This document shows, in pieces, positions 1-12,879 of a DNA stretch of 64,000 nt. Under the pieces are notes generated by a model. It was not told the origin of the DNA. It made no database searches and saw only the letters and a list, made by a program, of their open reading frames with translations. The position numbers and the translations under genes are program-made. The first letter of the stretch is position 1; every line of letters starts with the position of its first letter. This DNA is from the human T2T-CHM13v2.0 reference genome, Homo sapiens: NCBI RefSeq assembly GCF_009914755.1, contig NC_060931.1. The stretch is one strand, 5' to 3'.

Positions 1-99
1 TCTGAAGGTGGCACTGTCAACTGATGGTTTATTTTTACTAAAAGAGTGCTGAGAACTCTGTCTGGAGTGAATGTGGTTACAACTATGAGGTACTGAGTT

Positions 100-620
100 T
101 ATTACTGTTGCCAAATTGAGAGCAACTTAGCAATGACTGTCAAAACTCTAAACACATATTCTAAGGGAACAACAATCCCATTGTTAAGGACATATTCTAC
201 AGACACACAAACTCAACAGCAATGATGTTCACTGATTTGTTCATAGTTGCAAAAAACTGTAACAACCCAAATGTACATTAAAAGGGGAATGGTTAAATAA
301 ATCATGGAATGTGAAAATATTAAAAAGAACAAAGTAACTATATATGCTGATGTGGAAAGCTGCTCACACTGTTTTAGGAATGAAGAAGGTTGTGAAATAT
401 TTACACTAAAATTCTATTTGTGAAAAAAAGAGTCAATATATTTGTTTGCAAATGCACTGAAACTATCAGGAAAGATAAAAAAGGGAGCTTTATCTTTGGG
501 GTTATTTCTGTTGGGGGTGATGAAGAGTTTGATGAGAGATTTTTATTTTTATTTACTTTCCATTTTATATCTTTCTATATTGTTTGCACATACACTGTTT
601 ATATGAACTTTGCACAAAAA
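100..620 (+). mobile_element. Ancient L1M/L1ME 3' region fragment
   Basis: Degenerate L1 3' motifs (aacaacccaaatgtacattaaaaggggaatggttaaataaatcatgg). Confidence 0.6.
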
Positions 621-1186
621 ATACTGTGCAGTTGTGAAGAAAAGGTAACATTATGTACAAACATAAGTTTCCAAAACCTAGTATTAAGTACAAAAAGCTA
701 GTTTTGAAATATTATGCATAATTTGACCTCACTTATGTTTTTAAAAATTATGTACAGGAGTATTCATAAAAAGAAAAAGATGGAAGGACACTCAAAACTT
801 GTTTAACAATGTTACCTATTCAGAGAAGAGAACATTTCCATGTAACCCGAGTTTTAATTTCTAAAGAGTAAAACAAAATATTAAATTGTCTCTCCTACCT
901 CTAGAGAAGGATGTTGTTGTAAAGGACTAGAAGTGACTCAATGACAGTCTAGTTATTTCCACACTGTGGCTCTCAGAGTAAGATTATAAATAAATGGTCC
1001 CAGGCTTTTTAAAGTCTAAAAACCATTAGTCTAATCACAAACTCATCATTATAGGTGACAAATACAAAAACCAACTTTGCCTAAGGTTACATTGTGGCAG
1101 AATAGAACTAGAAACTAGGTGTTTTGACTGCTAATTCTTTTTGTTTCTAATCATACCATGAACCATATCTAAGGAAAGCCAATATT

Positions 1187-1501
<315 letters not shown>

Positions 1502-1852
1502 AAGGAAAGCCAATATTTATTGTTCATTGATAATCTAACTACTAGTCTATTATGTACTAGGGACATGTACTTAGTAGATGATAAAGGGTAAAAGACAGCA
1601 AGACACAGACTCTACCTTGGAGAAAAACTGCAAACACACCAGAGAGACCCTCAGTGCTGGAGAAGAATCTGGACAGATCCCTCCTTATCTATAGCAAAAT
1701 TGGGGCTTGCTCTTAGGAACCCCTACTCAAAGACTCAGACTCCACAATACATCCTACATAAAGTCAAGGGAAGAGGGAGACTCCCCCTCTGCAGTCATAG
1801 CTTAGAAGATAAAATAAAAACAAGTTTTTACAATACATATTGTGAAGTGCCG

Positions 1853-2229
1853 GTACATCAGTCCGTTCTCAGGCTGCTAATAAAGACATACCTGAGACCG
1901 GGTAATTTATAAAGGAAAGAGGTTTAATTGACTCACTGTTCCGTGTGGTTGGGGAGGCTTCAGGAAACTTACAATCTTGGTGGAAGGGGAAGAAAACACA
2001 CCCTTCTTCACATGGCGGCAGCAAGGAGAAGTGCCGAGCAAAAGGGGGAAAAGCCCTTATAAAACCATCAGATCTCATGAGAACTCACTCACTATCACGA
2101 GAACAGCAGCACAGGGTAACCACCTCATGATTCAATGACCTCTCACTGGGTCCCTCCCACAACACGTGGGGATTATGGGAACTACAATTCAAGATGAGAT
2201 TCGGGTGGTGACACAACCAAACCATATTG
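1853..2229 (-). mobile_element. Solo THE1 (MaLR) LTR, THE1C/D-like, in PON2 intron 2
   Basis: Reverse complement of the THE1 LTR (ataaaaccatcagatctcatgagaactcactcactatcacgagaacagc...caaaccatat). Confidence 0.9.
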
Positions 2230-2659
2230 GTCAGTTACGTGTTAGCCATAAGATCAGATCCTAGTTATAGAGTAGTGAGCAGGGTAAATGCTGTCACTGC
2301 CTACATAAAGCTTCCTTCACTAGCTGACCACAAGGCTCACAGAACACAGACTGCAGCGGCCATACCTGACAAACAATACAGACGCAACAAAAATAGTTCA
2401 GAGAAGTCACAAAACAAGCAAGAAATCAAATGCTAAACATAGAATTACACACAAAAAAGAATAATTTACAGTGAGGGTAGGAAAGAAGAATAAATACAGG
2501 GTTCATCAGATCAAGAGGTTGACCAAAGAGGTTTTTGTTGATCTAATGTGATTTATCCACTGAAAAGCAGTAATTTCATGCTAAAATGCCATTAATGAGT
2601 GTTTTAATGTTAATGGCCAAAAAATGCAATGTGCCCAACAAGCATTTTCATATACATAC

Positions 2660-2730
2660 CAATTCCTTTAATCAGGTGGCAGTGTGGAAGGTCTACAGAT
2701 TCTACTTCTCTGGAGGCTTTAAGTCGATTT
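2660..2730 (-). CDS. PON2: PON2 coding exon 2 (71 nt; [23 protein letters not shown])
   Basis: Minus strand: T-rich tract...tttgtaacag|AAATCGACTTAAAGCC...AAAGGAATTG|gtatgt. It is in phase with exon 1 and matches the PON2 protein. Exons 3-9 lie left of the window. Confidence 0.97.
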
Positions 2731-3260
2731 CTGTTACAAAGAAAAAAAAACAAAAAACAAAAAACTATTTGTTTATGTATTCCCTGCTTTGTTTTAGAAA
2801 GGGTTTAAAGAGGCTTACAGCAATACATAAAACACAGTTGAAGTCTAAAGCAGATGAAAGAGAAAATAGAAAGACAAGGGTAGGAAAATAAAACTGCACC
2901 AGAAATGAAGTTAAAACAAAAATGCCTATTGCAAAGTTCTATATACTGATGTGGGTTATTAAAAAAAAAAGCCAATAACTCAACAAATAAAACTTATAAT
3001 GCAAGTTCCTATGCAAATGTAAACACAGCACCATGTCACATTTCTCAGTGTTGGTGTTGTGGGAAAAGAGTTCCAGATGTAGAACCAGAAGCCCTGTCTT
3101 CCTTCTGAAGAGTCAAACGTGAAAAATGACTGTAAGCCTCACACAGAGACTGCAAAGAAGCCAAGAGAAAACGGCATTGCTCAGAGCCTGACACACCAAA
3201 GACATCCCACAAATAGTTACTAACAAAAAAGAAAAGAAGGTAGCATCCCTATGACAGTAT

Positions 3261-3376
3261 TTTTTTAAATAAGAATGTATTTATCTTATTTCAATAGCTT
3301 TTGGGGGTACATGTGGTTTTTGGTTACATGGATGAGTGATATAGCAGTGAATTCTGAGATTTTAGTGTACCCATCC
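3261..3376 (-). mobile_element. Very short 5'-truncated L1 (L1PB-like 3' end) with TSD
   Basis: T-rich tail plus L1 3' UTR-like sequence. TSD atgacagtat at 3251-3260 and 3377-3386. Confidence 0.75.
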
Positions 3377-4140
3377 ATGACAGTATGTATTGGAATAGGA
3401 AGGTTGGAGAACACCAACTAGTTCTGTAACTACTTCAGCAAAACTATTTGCTGTTGTATACCCAGAAAATTAAAAGAAGGAAATAATAAGAGAATGTTGA
3501 ACTCTAATAGGATGTCTTCCCCCTCCCTCTCCACTCTAGAGGGCCAGGAAGCAGTTTGGGACAATATCTGTGGGATCTTTTGTTTTGAAGGCCACATACT
3601 ATTGGCTTTCCCTTCTCTCTCACATTTTTCACCTTCTCTGTTCTCTAGAGCCATAAATAATAAAAATAGCACCTTGTAGAAACTTTACATTTTTCAGTGG
3701 TTCCCACATACCATACATTTAAGAGACGAAATAGCTATTTGCCATGTGTCCTTCTCCTGTGCATATTCCTGACAGCTTCTGAGGTCTAGACACTGGGGAA
3801 GGCTTCTGGAGTATGGGGCAGGCTACCAGTTTCTTCTAGATAACCCAGAATGACTCATAGGTTGTACCAACTACACATTTTGGCAATTCATATCAGACAT
3901 AAAGTTTCTAATTAAAATGTTAATCAGTATGTATTTGAAATCATGTAACTCAAATAATGTTAATTTTTTTGAAACAATATAGCAATAAGGCAAAAAGTAC
4001 AAATAAATCAATATTTAAATATAATAAAAAATAATGCATTAAATGTATTAAATAATACAAATTTTTAAATAAGGCATTAAAAAATACAATAAATCTCATG
4101 GCCTACGTGTCACAGAAGTGATTTAAGAGAGGAAAAATAA

Positions 4141-4430
4141 GCTAGAAAACCAAATACTGCATGTTCTCACTTTAACTGGGAGCTAAACAATGGTGCACAT
4201 GGACATAAAGATGACGATGGTAGACACTGGGGACTACTAGAAGGGGAAGGGAAGGGAGTAGACAAGGGCTGAAAAACTATAGGGTACTATACTCACTACC
4301 TGGGTGATGGCATCAGTTGTTCCCCAAACCTCAGCATCAGACAATATACCCATGTAAAACCTGCACATGTACCCCTTGAATCTAAAATAAAATTGAAATT
4401 ATAAAACAAAGAGAGAGAGAAAAAAAAAGT
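4141..4430 (+). mobile_element. L1PA15-17-like 3' end
   Basis: accaaatactgcatgttctcac...cctgcacatgtaccccttgaatctaaaataaaa followed by an A-rich tail. Confidence 0.85.
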
Positions 4431-5509
4431 TTACGTAGCCTAATGTGGTAGTAATCTTAATTGTGATGATGAGGATGACACTGATGATAATTGTGGGTGG
4501 TCAAAGGAAATAAATAATAAAAAAGTATAATTTACCGCTGTTCTAAGTGATTTACCTCCATGCATTCATTTAATTCTTCAAACAACCCTGTAAATTAGGT
4601 AGCATTATTCCAGTTTAAAAGATGAGAAAACTGAATCAGACAAAACAATTTTCCCACGGCGCAACTTAGCCAGAAGTGCTGGAAGCAGGGAAGCTTTTGC
4701 TTTAAACTACTTTGTACTTTTCTCAGAAAGAAGTAAAGGGATCTGTGTTCTTGTCTCAGCAGTGAAACTGCCATGACCCTTGGCAGGTCAGTTAATCTCT
4801 ATAGGTGTCAGTCTTCTTTATGGATAAAATAAGGATGAGCCTAAAACACCTCCAAGATTCTACAAATGTTATATGACTCCAGAAACAGATGTAGATACAA
4901 AGCAATAGGATGTAACTGCTGTTTGTACACCAAGTTTTAGTATCATGCATTGGTTTGGATGTCAATTTTACACAACTTACTACTATGCCTATTTGACTAT
5001 ACAAAAATAGGGATAACGATGTTTACCATCTACCTTTTTCAAAGATAATCTCTTTGGATTAAATAAAATCTGTTCAAAGTAACATATTCTGATGTGTTTG
5101 AAAAGTTTAATATGGGGTTCCTGTTTCAGAGTCAACTTAGGTTTGCGTAAGTAATTGGTGCTAAATAGGGCAATCTTCATCAACTAGTTTTCTTGTATAA
5201 TATCATGTTTTCATATGCAGCCTACCTGCTATTAACATGGAAGAGTTACATGAGGGTTGTGCATAACTTCTACTTAACTAATTTTTTTCTTGGCTTTCCT
5301 TTTTGATAAAAGAAAATGAAGGTTTTGCCTTTATCCTTCCTGGACCATCAAGACTTCCAAATTTCTTCAGTAGGAAACTGCCAGACTTTTTCCCTGGCAG
5401 AACAATCAGTTCCCTGCTTGTTAGTGGACTTCTGTTTTCTGGGTGGCAGACCCTAGCGGCTGACAAAATTAACGCCATGCCCAACCCCCTTTCTTTCTCC
5501 CTTGTCGTT

Positions 5510-5935
5510 TCTATTGTAGTGGTGGGCAAAGCAAATATTTGCTTTCCCAGACTCCGCTGTATTGAGGTGTAGTCATATGACCCAGGTTTTGGGGAAAGAC
5601 ACTGTGTTCTAGATACAAAGGAGAGTCACGAGAAGAGAGCTAGCTGGCATCACTCAATCTCCTTTCTTCATGATTTGAACACACACGCAGTGTTTGAGAC
5701 TGCGGCAGCCATTCTGCATCCTTGAGAAAGATACAGCTATAAAGTCAATAGGGGGAGATCAAAGAATGAAAATATATGAAGAACCCAGTTCCTTGATATA
5801 ATCACTGGCTCAATGAACAAGCTCTATATTGGGTCACCCACAGAGCTGTTTTTCATGTGAGGAAAATAAATCCCTCTTTGAATGAACTACTATTAATCTG
5901 ATATATGTTACTTGTGGCTGGAAGCAATCCTCGCT
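5510..5935 (+). mobile_element. Old MLT1-family LTR
   Basis: MLT1-type motifs (gcagccattctgcatc; aaataaatccctc...gttacttgtggctggaagcaatcct). Confidence 0.55.
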
Positions 5936-6484
5936 GGCATCAGATTTAAGAACTTTGTGTATTTAAGAAATACATATATTTCTCTTAATATAGAGAAAGC
6001 TATACAAACCTTTTTGGATTAGATTAATAAATCTAAAAGTATTCATGTAAAAAATACAACATAAATGGTATAAACACATATAAGTGATGATATGAGAGGA
6101 GGAACACTCTTTACTTTTGCTAGAGCCTATTTGTTCCCTAACACTTTATGTCTATAACATGCTTATGACTGTGCCAGGTCAGAGATGCATGGCTGTTGCC
6201 ACTCTGCTGTCATGCAGGAATTGCTAATCAATAACAGCACTCTCCCTCTAACCCAGAGCCAGCCTCAGACACATTGTTTCGCAACCACAGGGAGTCTGTT
6301 AAAATTGACACTCAAAAGGAAAGCTATTTGCCTTCTCTGTTTTAGGTTCCTTTTGTTTTCCTTTCTTTTCTTTTTCATTACAGTTATTTATTTTATTATT
6401 TCCTCATCACGAGCCTATGGTAGGTATAATACAGCAAACAGTATCCGCTGGCTTCCTTCATTGGTGTCACAATCATTCCCCAAG

Positions 6485-6965
6485 TGACCCCTATGGAGTC
6501 CAGTGACCAAGGAATCCATGGGTAGAATTCAGGGATCCATGAACTTGGATGGGGGAAAAATACATCTTTATTTAAACCTTTAACTCAAATTGAGTATTTC
6601 CTTTGATGATGAGTATAAGCAACAAACCACAATACTATTAGTAGTATTTGTGACTGTCACTAATAGAAATTATAGATACTTTTCTATCGCATTTCAGTTG
6701 TAGATAGCTCAAAGTGCCATTTACATTCATTGCAACTTCAAAATATCTGCTGTTAGACATTTACCTACCTCTAGATCCATTTAAGGGTTTAATTAAAAAA
6801 GCATATTATATCATAGATTTTTAAATAGCTTGGTAGCAGTATTTAATTGGTTTCCTGTGTAATCCTATATATTTTATTTTACTCATTTAAAAACATGATG
6901 CTGAGAAGGAATGAAGGCTTTACCAGACTGCCAAAGGGATGTATGGCACAAAGGTTTAAGGAATT
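6485..6965. mobile_element. hAT-Charlie (Charlie4-like) DNA transposon relic
   Basis: Similar, in reverse complement, to the element at 14420-15392. Charlie4-like ends (ccagactgccaaaggg...ggcacaaaggtttaag). Confidence 0.65.
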
Positions 6966-7184
6966 ATGCTTGAATTTCATTGTCTACATAGATGACATTT
7001 ATTGAGCTGACTGTGCGCTTGGCATTATTTTAAGCATTCTCATAGTCCCACTGTGGAGCAGGCAGTACCCCATCCTACAGATTACAACACTGGGGCACAG
7101 AAAAGTGAAATAATTAGTCCAAGGTTTCAGGTAAATAGTAGAGCTATGAATGAACTCAGGCTACCTGTCCACAAAGCATGAACT

Positions 7185-7626
7185 TTTTTTTTTTTTTATA
7201 CTTTAAGTTCTAGGGTACATGTGCACAACGTGCAGGTTTGTTACATATGTATACATGTGCCATGTTGGTCTGCTGCACCCATTAACTCGTCATTTACATT
7301 AGGTATATCTCCTAATGCTATCCCTCCCCCCTCCCCCTACCCCACAAGAGGCCCCGGTGTGTGATGTTCCCCTTCCTGTATCCAAGTGTTCTCATTGTTC
7401 AATTCCCACCTATAAGTGAGAACATGTGGTGTTTGGTTTTCTGTCCTTCCAATAGTTTGCTAAGAATGATGGTTTCCAGCTTCATCCATGTCCCTACAAA
7501 GGACATGAACTCATCCTTTTTTATGGCTGCATAGTATTCCATGGTGTATATGTGCCACGTTTTCTTAATCCAGTCTATCATTGACGGACATTTGGGTTGG
7601 TTCCAAGTCTTTGCTATTGTGAATAG
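7185..7626 (-). mobile_element. 5'-truncated primate L1PA (L1PA4/5-like) inserted in a MIR
   Basis: Near-consensus L1PA 3' UTR and ORF2 C-terminus (TWNQPKCPSMIDWIKK...). TSD aaagcatgaact at 7173-7184 and 7627-7638. Confidence 0.95.
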
Positions 7627-8330
7627 AAAGCATGAACTCTTAACCAACAGTCATTAGCATGAAATCAATCTCAGTGTCTTTCATTCAGGAAACAGCAGTA
7701 CCCATCCAGAGTAGAATGAGACCAGGGGCTGCTAGCTATTATCTGGCCTCATGGCAGGTAGCAGTAAGGGTGTACCATGCTACGGTGCCAATATGCCCCT
7801 AAGCAAAGTGGGAACACAGTGTTACTATCAGGAGTTTCTTTGTGCCATACTTCTCTGCTTTTGAAATTTACATACAACTGCTGGGGCTTTATCTCCTATG
7901 TGCAAGTGATATACAAGCCAGGGCTTTATCTTTTATGTATAGCCTTGTAAAAACCCTTTGGAATTCACCCCTTGGGCTCTGGCAATACTTGCACTAAGTA
8001 ACTAAGAATCTGTGCTTAGGCCTGTAAACCTAGGGAAAATTTGCTCCACTGGCAGAGAAGCTAGAAGACTGTGGGGAGCTGGGGCAAACTGTATTTGGAA
8101 TCAGGAGACCTGGCTGAGGCGACAGGTTCAGCACTAATTATTCATTAATTATATTATTCAATATTTATATTATTCTGTTGAACTAACTAGTTAACCTCTC
8201 TAACCTCAGTATTTACAGTTATAATGTAAAAGGGAAGATATCTATGAAGACTGGATGAAGGCATAAAAGTAAAAGAGCTTTCTTTCCAAATATCAGTAAA
8301 TGTACGTTTTGGTTTAATATAAAGAAATTT

Positions 8331-8932
8331 GGCAGGGCTCAGTAGCTCATACCCATAATCCCAGTGCTTTGGGAAGTTGATGCGGTAGGATCACTTATGG
8401 CTAGAAGTTTGAGATCAGCCTGGGCAACACAGCAAGACCCCCATCTCTACAAAAAAATTTTTTTGTTTTTTTTTTTTTGAGACAGAGTCTCGCTCTGTTG
8501 CCAGGCTGGAGTGCAATGGCTCACTGCAACCTCCGCCTCCCGGGTTCAAGTGATTCTCCTGCCTCAGCCTCCTGAGTAGCTGGGATTACAGGCATGTGCC
8601 ACCGTGCCTGGCTAATTTTGTATTTTTAGTAGAGATGGGGTTTCACCATGTTGGTCAGGCTGGTCTTGAACTCCCGACCTCAGGTATCCACCCGCCTCAG
8701 CCTCCCAAAGTGCTGGGATTATAGTAATGAGCCACCGTGCCCGGCCATGTTTTTTTAATTAGCCAGGTGTAGTGGTGCATGCCTATAGTCCTCACTGCTT
8801 AGGAGGCTGAGGTGGGAGGATTGCTTGAGCCCAGGTGTTCTGGGTTACAATGAGCTATGATTGTGCTGCTGCACTCCAGCCTGGGTGACAGAGCAAGAAC
8901 CTGCCTTGAAGAAAAAAGAAAAAAAGAAAGAA
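8331..8932 (+). mobile_element. AluJ split by a nested, oppositely oriented AluS
   Basis: Left arm 8331-8457 and right arm 8747-8932 flank an inverted Alu. Confidence 0.9.
8458..8746 (-). mobile_element. AluS (Sp/Sq-like) nested in AluJ linker
   Basis: Poly-T followed by a reverse-complement Alu ending gcccggcc. Confidence 0.92.
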
Positions 8933-9571
8933 AATATTTTTTAAAAGATAGATTAAAAAAATAAATAAAGAAGTTTTTACACTTTTGACACACTGACTGA
9001 CCAGCACACAAGAGTTACATAATAAATGATTTAAAGGATGGTGGTTTAAAAAAAAAAAAAAAGGGAAAAAGGCTGCTCCTTCAGAAGTAGAAACAGACCA
9101 CATAGCTTCTTGTGGGAATTGTCATAAAAGGTGCGAGGCAGCAAGCAGAGCATTCACATGGGTACTCTGGGGGTTCCTGCCCACGCTTAGGTCTCTGATG
9201 CACTCAAGCCTCATGATTCATCCATGGCTGTGTACCTTGACACCAGGAACTGGCCTGGGAATATTTGTATACTGTTATTTTCCCCTTTATTGCTCAACTA
9301 GGGAGGGGTGGAAAAGGAGGGTGTGGAATCCCAGTTACAGTTCAGAAGAAGAAAGACAACTTTGATGGCATTTATCCCTCTGGGACATCCTTATACTAAA
9401 AATTGAAGTGGGCAACCTGGGGAGAGAAATAACTTGATTGCCAAAGTACCATCTCTAAATATTGAATAATCAAACAGTAGGCATCAGATTAAAGCAAAAA
9501 TCAAACATAAAGCCTCTGTTCCTTCAACTTCCTCTGAAGAGCCTTTCCTTATGGGGAGGTGGGAACATGCT

Positions 9572-9868
9572 TTTTTTCTTTTTTTTTTGAGGGAGTCTTT
9601 CTCTGTTGTCCAGGCTGGAGTCCAGTGGCTCAATCTTGGCTCACTGCAACCTCTACCTCTGGGGTTCAAGCAATTCTCCTGACTCAGCCTCCCAAGTAGC
9701 TGGGATTACAGGGATGCACCACCACACCTGGCTAATTTTTGTATTTTTATTAGAGACGGGGTTTCACCATGTTGGCCAGGCTGGTCTTGAACCCCTGACC
9801 TCTAGTGATCTGCCCGCCTCAGCCTCCCAAAGTGCTGGGATTACAGACGTGAGCCACTGTGTCCGGCC
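9572..9868 (-). mobile_element. AluS
   Basis: Full reverse-complement Alu with TSD aacatgct. Confidence 0.95.
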
Positions 9869-9896
9869 AAACATGCTCCTTTTTAAAACAGACTCA

Positions 9897-10142
9897 AAGG
9901 GTCACCAAATTCTGACAGAAGGCACTCGAACATATGATAAAATACAGGGTACCCAGTGATATTTTAATTTGAGATAAACAATGAATGATATTTTAGTATA
10001 ATTATGTCCCAAATTCCACGCTTAATGCTAAAAGTATGGTATAAGTATTTCATGCTTATACTAAAAAAAAAAAAAAAAATCCATGTGAAATTCAAAGTTA
10101 ACTGGGTAGCCTACATTTTTCTTTGCTAAATCCAGCCACCCA
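9897..10142. mobile_element. MER53 palindromic hAT-derived MITE
   Basis: ataaaatacagggtacccag...gataaacaatgaa...tagtataattatgtccc, mirrored by cttatactaaaaaa...tgaaattcaaagttaactggg...tttgctaaatc. Confidence 0.8.
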
Positions 10143-10276
10143 CCACCTACCCCAACATTCTCACGTCAGCCCATTTGGGGCTCCACATATCCAATAAAGT
10201 TACCATTTTATAAAGTCACTGCCCATTAAAGTGCATCACAGTCACGTAAAGAAAAGGTGCATCAAATTGTAAAGTA

Positions 10277-10599
10277 GGCCGAGGGTGGTGGCTCATGTGT
10301 ATAATCCTACCACTTTGGGAGGCTGAGGCAGGAGCATCACTTGAGGCTGGGAGTTTGAGATTAGCCTGGGCAACAAAGTGAGACCCTGTCTCTGCAAGAA
10401 ATAAAAATACTAGCTGGGCATGGTAGCATGCATCTGTAGTCCCAGCTACTCAGGAGGCTGAGGAGGGAGGACTGCTTGTGCCTAGGTGTTTGAGATTGCA
10501 GTGAGCTTTGATGTACCACTGTACTCTGGCTTGGGCGGCAGAGCAAGACCTTGTGTCAAAATAAAAAACAAAGAAAAACAAAAAACAAACAAACAAAAA
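10277..10599 (+). mobile_element. AluJ
   Basis: Dimeric Alu with an A/CAAA tail. Confidence 0.93.
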
Positions 10600-11389
10600 C
10601 CTGTAAATAAACTATCAGGCATTCTGTCAATAAGTTTTATATACTTTTTCTTTTTTTTTTAGATTTGCAGCTATAACTTTAAAACCTTAAGATTAGTGAG
10701 AAGGGGGAATATTTGACTGTTGAGAAAACTTCCAACTTGCAGAAAAACTGGTGGCTTACACATTAGTGACAACATAATAAGCTTGTGAATTTTGGTGGTC
10801 TTGCCTTTGAAATGGAGAGCAGGACAGATCATATACAAAGTCATCCAACTCATGAATGTTCTGTAGAGCACAATGGGCATTACCTAACATGAAAATTAAG
10901 GTCAACATGTCCATTTCCTACCCATAAGCGTTCTTTCCTCAAATCTCACTCCCATCTCAGCCACCACACGCTTCCTCTTTGCACTGCTTTATCAGTAGAT
11001 GAAACTACAACCATGGGACAGTGGAGCTGTGGCACAAACTCTGGTAGCACCTTTGACTTCTCCCTCATCCCTGGGGTTCCAGAGTTTGGGTCCCTGTTAT
11101 CCTCTCTGACCTACTGCAATACCTTAACCAGTTACCCCATGTCTGCTCTCTATTCTAGTAGTTCTCGACCTTGACTGCTCATTAGAATTATCAGGAATGT
11201 TTTTAAAAATAAAAAATGCCACTGCTACTGTCAGCCACTGTTCTTACATTATGCACTTCCTTATTTATCTATTTACCTGGGAACCCTGAAGCCAGCTTGC
11301 CAAACAATACATTATTCCATATCACATTTTAATTATAACGAAAAATCTCTGGTAGGTAGACACCATAGTTTATAAATTACCAACTCAAA

Positions 11390-11536
11390 TTTTGTTTTTT
11401 ATTTATTTATTTATTTATTTATTCATTTTGTAGAGGTGGGATCTTGCTATGTTGCCCAGGCCTGTCACTAACTCCTGGGCTCAAGCAATCTTCTGGCTTA
11501 GGCCTCCAACAGTGCTGGGATTACAGGTGTGAGCTG
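11390..11536 (-). mobile_element. FLAM/Alu left monomer within MER5-like sequence (about 11157-11630)
   Basis: (TTTA)n tail plus Alu monomer. Flanks carry MER5 motifs (ctgaatcagaatct, gagaaccattg). Confidence 0.8.
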
Positions 11537-12222
11537 TAGATTCTGATCCAGAACAGCTGAATCAGAATCTTTGGTGGTGCCACTCAGACACCAGCCCTCC
11601 AGGAGATTCTAATGTACAGAGAACCATTGCTCTCCTCCAATCCCCCCTTCCAGGCTTATCTCTATAAAACACAACTAGTTATATTAAGTTCTTGTTGAAA
11701 AGCAAAACCCACCAATATTTCCCTTTTGAAGCACTATTGGGCCTATGAAAGTGGGGCCCCATTTTTCAACTTATATTTAATGGCCTCAAAACCTATCCTT
11801 CCCACCACCCTACTATTCTCATCTCCTGACTTTATGCTCCCTTCAAATTGGCCCATTTGCTAGTCTTCCAACTTCCCACCTTAGCCCCTTTGCTCCTGCT
11901 GCACTATACATTTGGCATGGGCCCCTTCATGCTCATATGTGTTGCACCCACCCTTCAAGGTCAGGTCGAATGTCTCTTCCTCCCTCTAGAACTCCACCCT
12001 CAGGGGATGGAATCTTTCCTCTTTAAGCCTATGCGGTTCATTTGTGTCTGTCCTTAGAACATCCTAATTTATACATTTACTGTATTTTAATTCTCTCTTC
12101 CCCTGTATCAAACTCCATAAGGGTCGTACTCTACTATAGAAGCCTAAGAGAGAACATTACACATAGCAGGTGCTCAGTCTTTCTGGAACTCTTTTGCATG
12201 AGGCCTATAAAATTTTGGTTGA

Positions 12223-12368
12223 GGCAGGGCAGAACAGCTCACACCTGTAATCCCAGCACTGTGGGGAGGCCTAGGCTGGAGGATTGCTTGAGTGCAAGAG
12301 TTAGGGAACAGCCTGGGCAATACAGCAAGACCCCATCTCTACAAAAAATAAAATAAACAAAAAACAAA
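12223..12368 (+). mobile_element. FLAM/AluJ left monomer
   Basis: Single Alu arm with an A-rich tail. Confidence 0.85.
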
Positions 12369-12879
12369 CGTTGAGTTGGTAATTTATAAACGATGATGTC
12401 TACCTACCAGAGATTTTCATTAAAACTAAAATGCGAGATGGAATAGTGTCTGCGCTGTCTGGCATTCTGGCTTCAGGCTTCCCTGGTGAATAAATAGGAA
12501 GTAAGAACAGTAGCTGAATATTTCAAGTGTCTTTGATCTACAGCTGAAGAGTTTCTCAAACTATGCAGAAATGGGTGGAGAACAACTTTATTAAAGACGG
12601 GTCTGGTTTGGGCAACAAGGAGAAACAGCACCAATGACCTGAAATAAATCTTCATAGTTAAGGTTTCAATGCATGAGTAGTCATTTTGTTTTCAATTTAA
12701 ACCACTAGTTTGGCCCTTGGGTAATTGCAAAGCATTCTCTTGTCAGCCTAAGCAGAAGAGAACTTTGTTAGCAGCAAGGGCTTATAAACTTTCAAGAAAG
12801 TGTCGCGATTCACTCCAAACTTTGCTAGTTTTTTCACTAGAAGCGGAGAGTCGGGGTGATGGGGGTTCAACTAGCTGGG

